From an uncultured Collinsella sp. (lineage in GTDB: Bacteria > Actinomycetota > Coriobacteriia > Coriobacteriales > Coriobacteriaceae), in assembly GCA_902470765.1 (NCBI GenBank), contig CABRHW010000009.1:259-64258 (forward strand): a stretch of 64,000 bases of DNA. The letters run 5' to 3'. Below, piece by piece: positions 28,649 through 38,268 of the stretch. The first letter of the stretch is position 1. The number at the start of each line of letters is the position of its first letter. A model generated the notes under the pieces. It was given only the letters and a program-made list of their open reading frames with translations. It searched no databases and was not told where the DNA came from. The translations under genes and the position numbers were made by a program.

Positions 28649-28898
28649 GGTGTCCCCCTTTTCGCTGGCCGCGGTGCGGCCGTCTTGCGGTACAGGGCAA
28701 ACCTTATGGTGCAAACGTTGACAGTTTGTTACGGAAGTTCGTTTGTAGCGAGCGTGTTTCCAATGTTTCCGCAGCGTTTCGGGGGTGGCGTTTTGTGCTG
28801 CTCCCGCTGCCAGGCAAGCACGCGCCCGCACTTCACGCTAGAATGCACTCAACCTTTAAGCGGTTAATCCATCCATAAGATGCACGAAGGAGCTATCT

Positions 28899-30242
28899 AT
28901 GAGCGAACCCCTGCGCACCGTGAACGTCGGCCTCATCGGTCTGGGAACCGTCGGCGGCGGCGTGGCCCGTCTGATCAAGAGCCACCACGATGAGTACCTG
29001 GCCGCCTACGGCATCGACCTTAAGCTGACCCGCGCCTGCGCGCTTGCCTGGGAGCAGGCCGAAGCCGCCGGTATTGAGCGCGAGGCCTTTACGAGCGACT
29101 GGCACGACGTCGTCACCGACCCCGCCGTCGATATCGTCGTCGAGCTCATCGGCGGCGAGCACCCCGCGACCGAAATCTTCACCACCGCCTTCGAGAATGG
29201 CAAGCACGTCGTCTCTGCCAACAAGGCCCTGCTGGGCCGTCATGTCGAGACGCTCGCCGAGAAGGCGCGCGCGTGCGGCGTGCAGATTAAGTGCGAGGCC
29301 AGCTGCGGCGGTGGCATCCCCATTGTCAGCACGCTCGAGCACGACCTGGTGGGCAACAAGATCCTGACCATCGCTGGCATTCTCAACGGCACCACCAACT
29401 ACATCCTGTCGCGCATGGACGCCGAGGGCGCCGATTACGCTGACGTGCTTGCCGACGCCCAGGCAAAGGGCTATGCCGAGGCCGACCCGTCCGCCGACGT
29501 CGACGGCTTCGACGCCGCCAGCAAGACGGCAATCCTCGCTTCCATCGGCTTTGGCACCCGCGTGACCACCGACGATGTCTACCAGCAGGGCATCCGTACC
29601 ATCGGCGCCGAGGACATTGCCCAGGCCCGCGAGCTCGGCTACACCATCAAGCTGCTGGGTATCGCACGCAACACCGAAGCCGGCGTCGACGTCCGCGTGC
29701 ATCCCACGCTGATCCCCGCCGACCACATGCTTGCCAAGGTCAACGGCGCCATGAACGCTGTCTACGTGGTAGGCGACGCCGTGGGCGAGACCATGTTCTA
29801 CGGCGCTGGCGCAGGCTCCTTCCCCACCGCGAGCGCCGTCGTGGGCGATATCCTATCGCTCTCCGAGCAGATCAGCCGCGGCGTGGCTCCGCTGCCCGAG
29901 ATTGAGCCCTATGGTCACAACCTCGCCTTTAAGCCCATGGACGAACTCCAGACCAAGTACTATGTGCGCCTGAAGGTCGCCGACCGCGTAGGTGCCCTGT
30001 CCGAGACGGTCGACATCTTTGCCAAGCACAACATCTCGATCTCGCTCATCAACCAGGTCGAGGACGGCAAGTCGGGCGTCAGCGATGCCTGCTCGGTCAT
30101 CTTCTTGACGCACCGCGCACTCGAGAAGGACGTCCAGGCTGCCGCCGCCGAACTTGCCAGCGTCGACTGCGTGGCCGAGGTCGCCAACGTCCTGCGCATC
30201 GAGGACGTTGAGGCTTGGACCGAAGGCGTCATGGCGAACTAG
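28899..30242 (+). CDS. hom: Homoserine dehydrogenase with C-terminal ACT domain
   Basis: GLGTVGGG, VVSANKA, GILNGTTNYIL, GYAEADP, GAGAG. Confidence 0.96.
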   Translation: MSEPLRTVNVGLIGLGTVGGGVARLIKSHHDEYLAAYGIDLKLTRACALAWEQAEAAGIEREAFTSDWHDVVTDPAVDIVVELIGGEHPATEIFTTAFENGKHVVSANKALLGRHVETLAEKARACGVQIKCEASCGGGIPIVSTLEHDLVGNKILTIAGILNGTTNYILSRMDAEGADYADVLADAQAKGYAEADPSADVDGFDAASKTAILASIGFGTRVTTDDVYQQGIRTIGAEDIAQARELGYTIKLLGIARNTEAGVDVRVHPTLIPADHMLAKVNGAMNAVYVVGDAVGETMFYGAGAGSFPTASAVVGDILSLSEQISRGVAPLPEIEPYGHNLAFKPMDELQTKYYVRLKVADRVGALSETVDIFAKHNISISLINQVEDGKSGVSDACSVIFLTHRALEKDVQAAAAELASVDCVAEVANVLRIEDVEAWTEGVMAN

Positions 30243-30273
30243 CCCAACGCTCGCCTAGCAATACGCGCCTTGA

Positions 30274-30308
30274 GGGCTCCCGTCCGATGTGGGACGGGAG
30301 CCCTTTTG
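30274..30308 (+). terminator. Intrinsic terminator after hom
   Basis: GGGCTCCCGTCC ... GGACGGGAGCCC followed by TTTT. Confidence 0.8.
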
Positions 30309-30456
30309 TCACCTGCCGTAAGCACAACGGCAGAGCATATTTGCGCGAGCCGCTCATCGGTAACGCGGACTACCGTTCACCGATATGCAAACGCGGCCGA
30401 TTCCGGCTACCGCTACGCTGTGCTGCGAATGTCCGCCCGCGATGAGAGGAAGCACC

Positions 30457-31206
30457 ATGTTGCTCGAGGGCAAGAAAACAATCATCACCGGAGGCACGCG
30501 CGGTATCGGCTATGCGATCGCCTGCCGTTTTATCGAGGAAGGCGCTGCCGTCACCGTCTTTGGCTCACGCCAGGAGACTGCCGACGCGGCCGTTGAGAAG
30601 TTGGCGGCCGCCTATCCCGACGCCAAGGTCTGGGGCCGCTCCTGCGACCTCACCTCGCTCGAGGCCGTGACCGAGGCCTTTACCCAGGCTGCAGCCGATA
30701 TGGGCGGTTTGGATACAGTCGTCAACAATGCCGGCATCTCCCAGCGCTCACCCCTTTTGGACTACACGGCCGAGGAGTTCGCTAAGGTTATGGACCTCAA
30801 CGTCGTCGCCGTCTTTAATGGCCACCAGGCAGCCGCCAAGATCATGACCGAGGCAGGTCATGGCGGCACCATCACCACCACGAGTTCGATGGTCGCCAAG
30901 TACGGTCAGCCCTCCGGCGTTGGCTATCCCACGTCCAAGTTTGCCGTCAACGGTATGGTCCAGTCGCTCTCGCGCGAGCTCGCCCCCATGGGCATCCGCG
31001 TCAACGCCGTCGCGCCTGGCGTAACCAAGACCGATATGGTCGCCAACCTGCCCGAAGAGGTTATTAAGCCCATCGTCGCCACCATTCCGCTGGGTCGCAT
31101 GGGCGAGCCCGAGGATGTCGCCAACGCCTTTGTTTTCCTGGCGAGCGACATGTCCTCCTACGTCACGGGCGCCGTGCTCCCCGTCGACGGAGCCGCCCGC
31201 TCTTAA
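30457..31206 (+). CDS. SDR oxidoreductase, BaiA/3alpha-hydroxysteroid dehydrogenase-like
   Basis: TGGTRGIG, NNAGIS, SGVGYPTSK (YxxxK), VDGAARS. Confidence 0.85.
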   Translation: MLLEGKKTIITGGTRGIGYAIACRFIEEGAAVTVFGSRQETADAAVEKLAAAYPDAKVWGRSCDLTSLEAVTEAFTQAAADMGGLDTVVNNAGISQRSPLLDYTAEEFAKVMDLNVVAVFNGHQAAAKIMTEAGHGGTITTTSSMVAKYGQPSGVGYPTSKFAVNGMVQSLSRELAPMGIRVNAVAPGVTKTDMVANLPEEVIKPIVATIPLGRMGEPEDVANAFVFLASDMSSYVTGAVLPVDGAARS

Positions 31207-31248
31207 GGGACCACAAGCCTCAGCTCCCAGCCTCAACATAGTCCAACA

Positions 31249-31293
31249 AAGAAGGCGCGCCGTCTGCATCAACTGCAGGCAGCGCGCCTTCTT
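31249..31293. terminator. Probable terminator after the SDR gene
   Basis: AAGAAGGCGCGC...GCGCGCCTTCTT inverted repeat. Confidence 0.7.
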
Positions 31294-31303
31294 CTGTTTG
31301 AAA

Positions 31304-31537
31304 GGGAAGCTGTGTCCCGCAGTCCCGACTCAGACCGGGACGCAGCTTCCCTCGGGGCCATGTTTCGGAAAGAGCGCCCCGTTTTGAACGCCGATTCTGG
31401 GATACCGTTTCCGCAACGGGTCTCTCGCGGAAACTGCATCCCACTCTGAGCGCCCATTCCGGGACACAGTTTCCCAACGGCCCCCGTTTCGGAAACCACA
31501 TCCCGTTCCGAGCCTTCAAAGCGGGACGCGGCTTCCC
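31304..31537. repeat. Array of four 62-bp units, each a 16-bp inverted repeat (REP/BIME-like)
   Basis: Motif copies at 31304, 31366, 31428, 31490 and inverted copies at 31336, 31398, 31460, 31522. Confidence 0.85.
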
Positions 31538-31551
31538 CGAGAGAGTATCGA

Positions 31552-33114
31552 CTACTTGCCGTCGTCGTCCTCGGCTTCTTCTCTTGCATAGAGCTCCAGC
31601 ATGCGGCGGCGGTATTCGCGCACGGCGAGCTTGGCGCGCTCCAGGCGGCGACGCTCGCGCGGGGTCAGCTCGGACGGGTCGACCTCATCACCATAGGTCT
31701 TATCGGCAAGAAGATGCGCCGCGTCCACGATGCGGGCATCGATGTGGCCGCTCGCCGCCTCGGCGGAAAGACGCTCGGCAATCGTATCGAGCGTAGGCAA
31801 GCCCTCGAATACGCGACCATGGCCATGCGAAGTCAGCAGCTCGTGCTCACGTGCGAGCAGGCTCGCCAAATCGTGATGGGCGCGCAGGATGTCGAGCGCA
31901 TCGGATGGATGCTCGGCAACTTCTGCCACGGCGGCGACCGGCGCGGCGTCGACCACGCGGTAGAAGAGCTGCGCGAGCAACGGCATCAAGAACACCGTGA
32001 TGGCACCGGCAGCAACCATGACCGACGCAATATCTTGCGACAGCGCGCCCGCGTTGACGGCAACGCTTGTCACGGCAACGATGATCGGCAGGGCCGTGGT
32101 GCAGTACAGGGCCACGGTAATGCGACCATACGCCGACACATCGCGCGTCGCAGGACAAATGCTCATAGAAATAAGAATGGGCACGGCACGAATAATCAAC
32201 AACGCCACGATAAAGCCCACGAGCAGACCCGGGCGCGACGCCACGGCCGTCAGATCGATCTTTGCGCCCGATACGGTAAAGAATACCGGAATCAAAAAGC
32301 CGTAGGCCAGGCCATCGAGCTTGGTCTCGAGCGTATGGTTGCCCTCGGGGATGATATAGCGCAAGACAAAGCCGGCGGCAAAAGAACCCAACACGATGTC
32401 GAGATCAAAGACGGCCGAGAACGCCACGAGCGTGACCAGGATGAGCACCGTCAGGCGCACGAAGGTCTGCGACGTGGTATCGGCGCGTTCCTCGACAAAC
32501 GCAAAGAAGCGGCTGCCGACACGCTTGGAGCGGCTTGGGACCACAGCCAGCAACACGCAAACCACCGCAAACAAGCCAAGGATTACGAGCGTTTGGATGC
32601 CAGTGCGGGCAGACAGCAGCACCGACATGGCGAGCACAGGGCCGAGCTCACCCCAGGTGCCATACGCGAGAATCGAGTCGCCCACACGCGTGCCAGTGAG
32701 CGAGCGCTCACGCATGATGGGCACGAGCGTGCCGAGCGCCGTCGAAGTGAGGGCAAGCGTCACGGCGATACCGTCGAAATGACTGACCGAGAACCACGGG
32801 GTAAAGCGCACGGCAAGCCAGGCGATACCAAACGTGACGACCCACGTCGCCAAGCCGTAGCGCCCCTCGACGCCCGTGATGCTCTTGGGGTCGATCTCAA
32901 AGCCGGCAAGCAGGAACAAGAAGGCCAGGCCCAGCTCGGACACAAGCGAGACCTCAGCATCTACATGGATGACGCCGAGCATATGGGGTCCCAGCACTGC
33001 GCCGAGCACGAGCAAAAAGACCGTCTCGGGAACGGGTTTTCCGGGAATCGCCGAGGCGATAAAAGGACTCGCAAAGGCCACGAGTGCGATGATGGCGAGC
33101 GAAACGAATGCCAT
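31552..33114 (-). CDS. Cation:proton antiporter (CPA2-like)
   Basis: About 12 TM helices; LGLAFLFLLAGFEID; FLIPVFFTVSG; soluble C-terminal tail. Confidence 0.88.
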   Translation of the reverse strand: MAFVSLAIIALVAFASPFIASAIPGKPVPETVFLLVLGAVLGPHMLGVIHVDAEVSLVSELGLAFLFLLAGFEIDPKSITGVEGRYGLATWVVTFGIAWLAVRFTPWFSVSHFDGIAVTLALTSTALGTLVPIMRERSLTGTRVGDSILAYGTWGELGPVLAMSVLLSARTGIQTLVILGLFAVVCVLLAVVPSRSKRVGSRFFAFVEERADTTSQTFVRLTVLILVTLVAFSAVFDLDIVLGSFAAGFVLRYIIPEGNHTLETKLDGLAYGFLIPVFFTVSGAKIDLTAVASRPGLLVGFIVALLIIRAVPILISMSICPATRDVSAYGRITVALYCTTALPIIVAVTSVAVNAGALSQDIASVMVAAGAITVFLMPLLAQLFYRVVDAAPVAAVAEVAEHPSDALDILRAHHDLASLLAREHELLTSHGHGRVFEGLPTLDTIAERLSAEAASGHIDARIVDAAHLLADKTYGDEVDPSELTPRERRRLERAKLAVREYRRRMLELYAREEAEDDDGK

Positions 33115-33298
33115 GTGATGCCTTTCTCTTGTTTGCGCTTCACTGTAGCACCCTCGCCGTCCTCAACGCGCCGCGAGCTGTCGTATCATAGTGAGGTTTA
33201 CAAACATGTGGCTCAAGGCGACCGCAGGGCAGACCCCGCAAACCGACCGCTGCCGCATACCGTACCGTACGCCCAACCGATCAGGAAGGCAGGAACCA

Positions 33299-36200
33299 AT
33301 GGTCTCTCGTATCTACGTGGAGAAGAAACCCGGGTTCGACGTCGAGGCTCAGCAGCTCAAGGGCGAGCTGACCGAAATTCTCGGCATCAAGGGCATCGAG
33401 GCCCTGAGGATCATCAACCGCTACGACGTCGAGGGCATCGACGAGGAGCTTTTCCGCTCCTGCGTGCCGACCGTCTTTAGCGAGCCCCAGGTCGATGTGA
33501 CCTACGACGAGCTCCCCGCAAGCGATGGCGCCGTCTTTGCCGTCGAATTCCTGCCTGGCCAGTTTGACCAGCGCGCCGACTCCGCCAGCGAGTGCGTGCA
33601 GCTCATCAGCCAGGGCGAGCGCCCCGCCGTGCGCTCCGCCAAGGTCTATATCATCTCGGGCGCTCTGGACGAGGCCGCCATCGAGGCCATCAAGCACTAC
33701 GTGGTGAACCCCGTCGAGGCGCGCATCGCCTCGCTCGACCTGCCCGAGACGCTGTACATGGAGACCCCCGAGCCCCAGCCCGTCGAGGTGCTCGACGGCT
33801 TCCGCGAGCTCGACGAGGCCGGCCTTGCCGCCTTTATCGCCGATCGCGGCCTTGCCATGGACGAGGCGGACATCGCCTTCTGCCAGCAGTACTTCCGCGA
33901 TGAGGACCGCGACCCCACCATCACCGAGATCCGCGTGATCGACACCTACTGGTCCGATCACTGCCGCCACACCACCTTCGGCACCGTCCTGGACGACGTG
34001 ACGATCGACGACGCCGTGGTGCAGCAAGCCTTCGACCGCTACATGGAGATGCGCCACGAACTCGGCCGCGACGCCAAGCCCGTCTGCCTCATGGACATGG
34101 GCACCATCGGCGCCAAGTACCTTAAGAAGACCGGCGTCATGACCGATGTCGATGAGTCCGAGGAGATCAACGCCTGCACCGTCAAGGTGAAGGTCGTTGT
34201 CGATGGCGAGGACCAGGACTGGCTGTTCCTGTTTAAGAACGAGACCCACAACCACCCGACCGAGATCGAGCCCTTCGGCGGTGCCGCCACCTGCGTGGGC
34301 GGTGCCATCCGTGACCCGCTCTCGGGCCGCAGCTATGTGTACCAGGCTATGCGCGTCACCGGTGCCGGCGACCCCACCGTCCCGGTTTCCGAGACGCTCG
34401 AGGGCAAGCTGCCGCAGCGCAAGCTCGTGACCACTGCTGCCGCCGGCTACTCCAGCTACGGCAACCAGATCGGCCTTGCCACCGGTCAGGTCAACGAACT
34501 CTATCACCCCGGTTACGTGGCCAAGCGCATGGAGGTTGGCGCCGTCGTGGGCGCTACCCCGGCAAACCACGTGCGTCGCGAGTGCCCCGCCCCCACCGAC
34601 AAGATCATCCTGCTGGGCGGCCGCACCGGCCGTGACGGCATCGGTGGCGCCACCGGCTCCTCCAAGACCCAGAACACCGAGTCCATCGAGACCTCGGGCG
34701 CCGAGGTCCAGAAGGGCAACGCCCCGGTCGAGCGCAAGCTGCAGCGTCTGTTCCGCCGCGGCGATGCCTGCCGTCTGATCAAGCGCTGCAACGACTTTGG
34801 CGCCGGCGGCGTCTCGGTCGCCGTGGGTGAACTTGCCGACGGCCTGTATGTCGACCTGGACACCGTGACCAAGAAGTACGACGGCCTGGATGGCACCGAG
34901 CTCGCCATTTCCGAGTCCCAGGAGCGCATGGCCTGCGCCGTCGCCGACGGTGACGTCGAGGAATTCATGGGCTACGCCGCCGAGGAGAACCTGGAAGCAA
35001 CCGTCATCGCCGAGGTCACCGCCGAGCCGCGCATGCGCATGGCCTGGAACGGCGTCGCCATCGTCGATCTGTCCCGCGAGTTCCTCAACTCCAACGGCGC
35101 GCCCAAGCACCAGGTCGCCCACGTCTGCGCCCGCAGCGTGTGGCAGCCCAGCTGGGCCGGCACCACGCTTGCCGAGCGCATGACCTCGCTCGTCACCGAT
35201 CTTAACGTCGCCTCCAACAAGGGCCTTTCCGAGCGCTTCGACTCCACCATCGGTGCCGCGACCGTGCTCATGCCCTTTGGCGGCAAGACGCAGCTCACCC
35301 CAAGCTCGGCCATGGTCGCCAAGTTCCCCGTGGACGGCGAGACCACCACGGCGAGCGCCATGGCATGGGGCTTCAACCCCTATCTGATGGAGGCCGACCA
35401 GTTTGCGGGCGCCTACCTGTCCGTGGTCGAGTCCATCGCCAAGCTCGTTGCCGCCGGCTTTGAACACAAGCGCGCCTATCTCTCCTTCCAGGAGTACTTC
35501 GAGCGTCTGCGCACCGAGGCCGAGCGCTGGGGCAAGCCCATGGCTGCCGTCCTGGGTGCCCTTATGGCCCAGGTCGACCTGGGTGCCGGCGCCATCGGCG
35601 GCAAGGACTCCATGAGCGGTTCGTTTGAGGACGAGACCGGCGAGCTCAACGTTCCGCCGACCCTGATCAGCTTCGCCGTCGCCGTGGGCAAGGCCGCCCG
35701 CGCCGTCTCGCCCGAGTTCAAGGGCCTCACGCACCGCGTCGTCCGCATCGCCCCCGCCACCTATGGCGAGGACTACCGTCCCGACGCCCAGCAGCTGCTC
35801 GCCGCGTTTGACGCCGTCGAGGCGCTCACTGCTACCGGCAACGCCCTGGCCATCTCCACGCCCGGCTACGGCTGCGGCGCCGAGAGCCTCTTTAAGATGT
35901 GCGTCGGTAACCAGATCGGCATCGAGCTTGCCGAGGATGTAGACGTGGAGAGCCTCTTCACCCCGCTCTACGGCAGCTTTATCGTCGAGCTCGCCGAGGA
36001 TGCCGAGCTGCCCGAGGTCGCCGACGGCGTTGTCGTCGAGCCCTTGGGCACCACCGTCGAGGGCTATGTCATCGACACCGGCTCCGAAGTCATCGAGCTC
36101 TCCGAGCTCCAGGAGGCCTGGGAGAGCGGCATCGAGGGCGTCTTTGCCTACCGCAGCGCCGACGAGACCCCCGAGGTCGAGACCATCGACTTCCGCGCCA

Positions 36201-37045
36201 AGGACATCCACGTGTACGGCGGCGCCAAGATCGCCCGCCCGCGCGTGGTTATCCCCGTGTTCCCCGGCAACAACTGCGAGTACGATAGCGCCCGTGCCTT
36301 CCGCGCCGCCGGCGCCGAGGCCGACACCTTCGTGATCAACAACCTCACGCCCGAGGCCGTCGCCGAGAGTACCCACGAGCTTGCCCGCCGCATCCGCGCA
36401 AGCCAGATCGTCATGATCCCCGGCGGCTTCTCGGGCGGCGACGAGCCCGACGGCTCCGCCAAGTTCATCACGGCGTTCTTCCGCGCTCCCGAGGTCACCG
36501 AGGCAGTCCGCGACCTGCTCAAGGCCCGCGATGGCCTGATGCTGGGCATCTGCAACGGCTTCCAGGCCCTGATTAAGCTCGGTCTGGTGCCCTATGGCGA
36601 CATCGTCGACGCCACGCCCGATGCGCCCACGTTGACGTTCAACACCATCGGTCGTCATCAGAGCCGTCTGGTGCGCACCCGCATCTCGTCCAACCTGTCC
36701 CCGTGGCTGTCGCAGTGCAGCCTGGACGACCCCTACACCGTCGCCATCAGCCACGGCGAGGGCCGCTTTGTCGCCAATGACGAAGTGCTCACCCAGCTGA
36801 TCGCCAACGGCCAGGTCGCCACGCAGTATGTGGGCGAGGACGGCAAGCCCAGCATGGATCTCTCCGTCAACCCCAACGGCTCCGCACTCGCCATCGAGGG
36901 CATCACGAGCCCCGACGGCCGCGTCCTGGGCAAGATGGGCCATGCCGAGCGTCGCGGCGACAACCTGTACCGCAACGTGCCCGAGCATGTCCCCGGCGAT
37001 AAGTTCATGCCGATCTTTGAGAGCGGCGTGGCCTACTTCGCTTAA
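33299..37045 (+). CDS. purL: Phosphoribosylformylglycinamidine synthase (large fused type)
   Basis: WSDHCRH, KNETHNHPTEIEPFGGAAT, DFGAGG, SESQERM, GGFSGGD, LGICNGFQ, MGHAER. Confidence 0.97.
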   Translation: MVSRIYVEKKPGFDVEAQQLKGELTEILGIKGIEALRIINRYDVEGIDEELFRSCVPTVFSEPQVDVTYDELPASDGAVFAVEFLPGQFDQRADSASECVQLISQGERPAVRSAKVYIISGALDEAAIEAIKHYVVNPVEARIASLDLPETLYMETPEPQPVEVLDGFRELDEAGLAAFIADRGLAMDEADIAFCQQYFRDEDRDPTITEIRVIDTYWSDHCRHTTFGTVLDDVTIDDAVVQQAFDRYMEMRHELGRDAKPVCLMDMGTIGAKYLKKTGVMTDVDESEEINACTVKVKVVVDGEDQDWLFLFKNETHNHPTEIEPFGGAATCVGGAIRDPLSGRSYVYQAMRVTGAGDPTVPVSETLEGKLPQRKLVTTAAAGYSSYGNQIGLATGQVNELYHPGYVAKRMEVGAVVGATPANHVRRECPAPTDKIILLGGRTGRDGIGGATGSSKTQNTESIETSGAEVQKGNAPVERKLQRLFRRGDACRLIKRCNDFGAGGVSVAVGELADGLYVDLDTVTKKYDGLDGTELAISESQERMACAVADGDVEEFMGYAAEENLEATVIAEVTAEPRMRMAWNGVAIVDLSREFLNSNGAPKHQVAHVCARSVWQPSWAGTTLAERMTSLVTDLNVASNKGLSERFDSTIGAATVLMPFGGKTQLTPSSAMVAKFPVDGETTTASAMAWGFNPYLMEADQFAGAYLSVVESIAKLVAAGFEHKRAYLSFQEYFERLRTEAERWGKPMAAVLGALMAQVDLGAGAIGGKDSMSGSFEDETGELNVPPTLISFAVAVGKAARAVSPEFKGLTHRVVRIAPATYGEDYRPDAQQLLAAFDAVEALTATGNALAISTPGYGCGAESLFKMCVGNQIGIELAEDVDVESLFTPLYGSFIVELAEDAELPEVADGVVVEPLGTTVEGYVIDTGSEVIELSELQEAWESGIEGVFAYRSADETPEVETIDFRAKDIHVYGGAKIARPRVVIPVFPGNNCEYDSARAFRAAGAEADTFVINNLTPEAVAESTHELARRIRASQIVMIPGGFSGGDEPDGSAKFITAFFRAPEVTEAVRDLLKARDGLMLGICNGFQALIKLGLVPYGDIVDATPDAPTLTFNTIGRHQSRLVRTRISSNLSPWLSQCSLDDPYTVAISHGEGRFVANDEVLTQLIANGQVATQYVGEDGKPSMDLSVNPNGSALAIEGITSPDGRVLGKMGHAERRGDNLYRNVPEHVPGDKFMPIFESGVAYFA

Positions 37046-37082
37046 ACCTTTCCCATCAGGTACAATCCCTTCGGGTAACAAC

Positions 37083-37119
37083 ACCCGCCACCGACACATC
37101 CGGTGGCGGGTTCTTTTTT
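37083..37119 (+). terminator. Intrinsic terminator after purL
   Basis: ACCCGCCACCG...CGGTGGCGGGT followed by TCTTTTTT. Confidence 0.8.
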
Positions 37120-37144
37120 GCTTCGCGCATGTAGGAAGGACATC

Positions 37145-38080
37145 ATGGAAAGCCGCAAGCCGTATCTCGCCACCCTGCCCGGACTCATCCTGGGCTGTCT
37201 TGTTTGCTGTGCACTCTGGGGATCGGCCTTTCCCTGCATCAAGATCGGCTACGCACTCTTTGGCATCCCAGCGCACGATAGCGCTTCGCAGCTGCTCTTT
37301 GCAGGTTTACGCTTTACGCTTGCCGGTGCCCTGGTTATCGTTGGGATGAGCGCGGCTCAGCGCCGTCCCCTCATTCCGCGTACTCGCGACATCAAGCCCA
37401 TCGTTGTCTTGTCGCTCTTCCAGACTATCGGGCAGTACTTCTTTTTCTATCTGGGCCTCTCGCGCGCCAGCGCCATGTCGAGCTCCATCATCGAGGCCAG
37501 CGCCAACTTCCTCGCAATCCTCTTTGCCGCCCTGGCATTTCGCACCGAAAAGCTCAATACGGCCAAGGTGCTTGGCTGTGCGCTGGGCTTTGCCGGCGTC
37601 GCGCTCGTCAACCTTTCGGGCGCGGACGGCACCATTGGCTTTACGCTCGACGGCGAGGGCTTTATCTTGGCTTCCACTGTTGCAGGCGCCCTATCGACCT
37701 GCCTGATCGGCATCTTCTCGCGCGAGCACGACGGCGTCTTGCTTGCCGGGTGGCAGTTTTTAGTCGGTGGCGTGGTCCTTACCGCCATCGGGTTTTTGAT
37801 GGGCGGCACGTTGTCCCCCACCGAAATCGCCCCCGCCATCGCGCTCATCATTTATATGGCACTCATTTCCGCCGTCGCGTACTCGCTGTGGTCGCGCCTG
37901 CTTGCCGTCAACCCCGTCAGCCGCGTCTCGGTCTTTGGGTTTATGAACCCCGTCTTTGGTGTGGTGCTGAGCGCGCTGCTGCTCGGCGAGGGCGCTGGCA
38001 CGAGCCCCGTTACCGTCATCGTTGCCCTGCTGTTGGTCTGCGGCGGCATCATCATCGTCAACAAACCCAAAAAAGCCTAG
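37145..38080 (+). CDS. EamA/DMT family transporter
   Basis: LWGSAFPCIKIGY; about 10 TM helices; two-repeat architecture. Confidence 0.88.
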   Translation: MESRKPYLATLPGLILGCLVCCALWGSAFPCIKIGYALFGIPAHDSASQLLFAGLRFTLAGALVIVGMSAAQRRPLIPRTRDIKPIVVLSLFQTIGQYFFFYLGLSRASAMSSSIIEASANFLAILFAALAFRTEKLNTAKVLGCALGFAGVALVNLSGADGTIGFTLDGEGFILASTVAGALSTCLIGIFSREHDGVLLAGWQFLVGGVVLTAIGFLMGGTLSPTEIAPAIALIIYMALISAVAYSLWSRLLAVNPVSRVSVFGFMNPVFGVVLSALLLGEGAGTSPVTVIVALLLVCGGIIIVNKPKKA

Positions 38081-38227
38081 CGAGTTCACCTTTTTAGAGA
38101 GGATGTTCGCAAACTTTAGCTTAATGGAGCACACTGGTTCTCGTTGATTTCGTACCGAGTCGCGGCGGCAGACGCCCGTCTTGCCGCACCGCACCTGGGC
38201 ATTATGGCCGGTGGCCCCCACAAACGC

Positions 38228-38267
38228 AAAAAGGGGCGCACGACCACCACGGTCGTGTGCCCCTTTT
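38228..38267. terminator. Bidirectional terminator between convergent genes
   Basis: AAAAGGGGCGCACGACC-ACCAC-GGTCGTGTGCCCCTTTT. Confidence 0.8.
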
Positions 38268-38268
38268 C

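Noticed and set aside
31304..31537. CRISPR array
   Set aside because: The repeats alternate in orientation, are only 16 bp and degenerate, the gaps are 14-16 nt, and there are no cas genes in the window.
33281..37276. 1331-aa minus-strand ORF
   Set aside because: Antisense shadow of purL caused by high-GC codon bias; no recognisable motifs.
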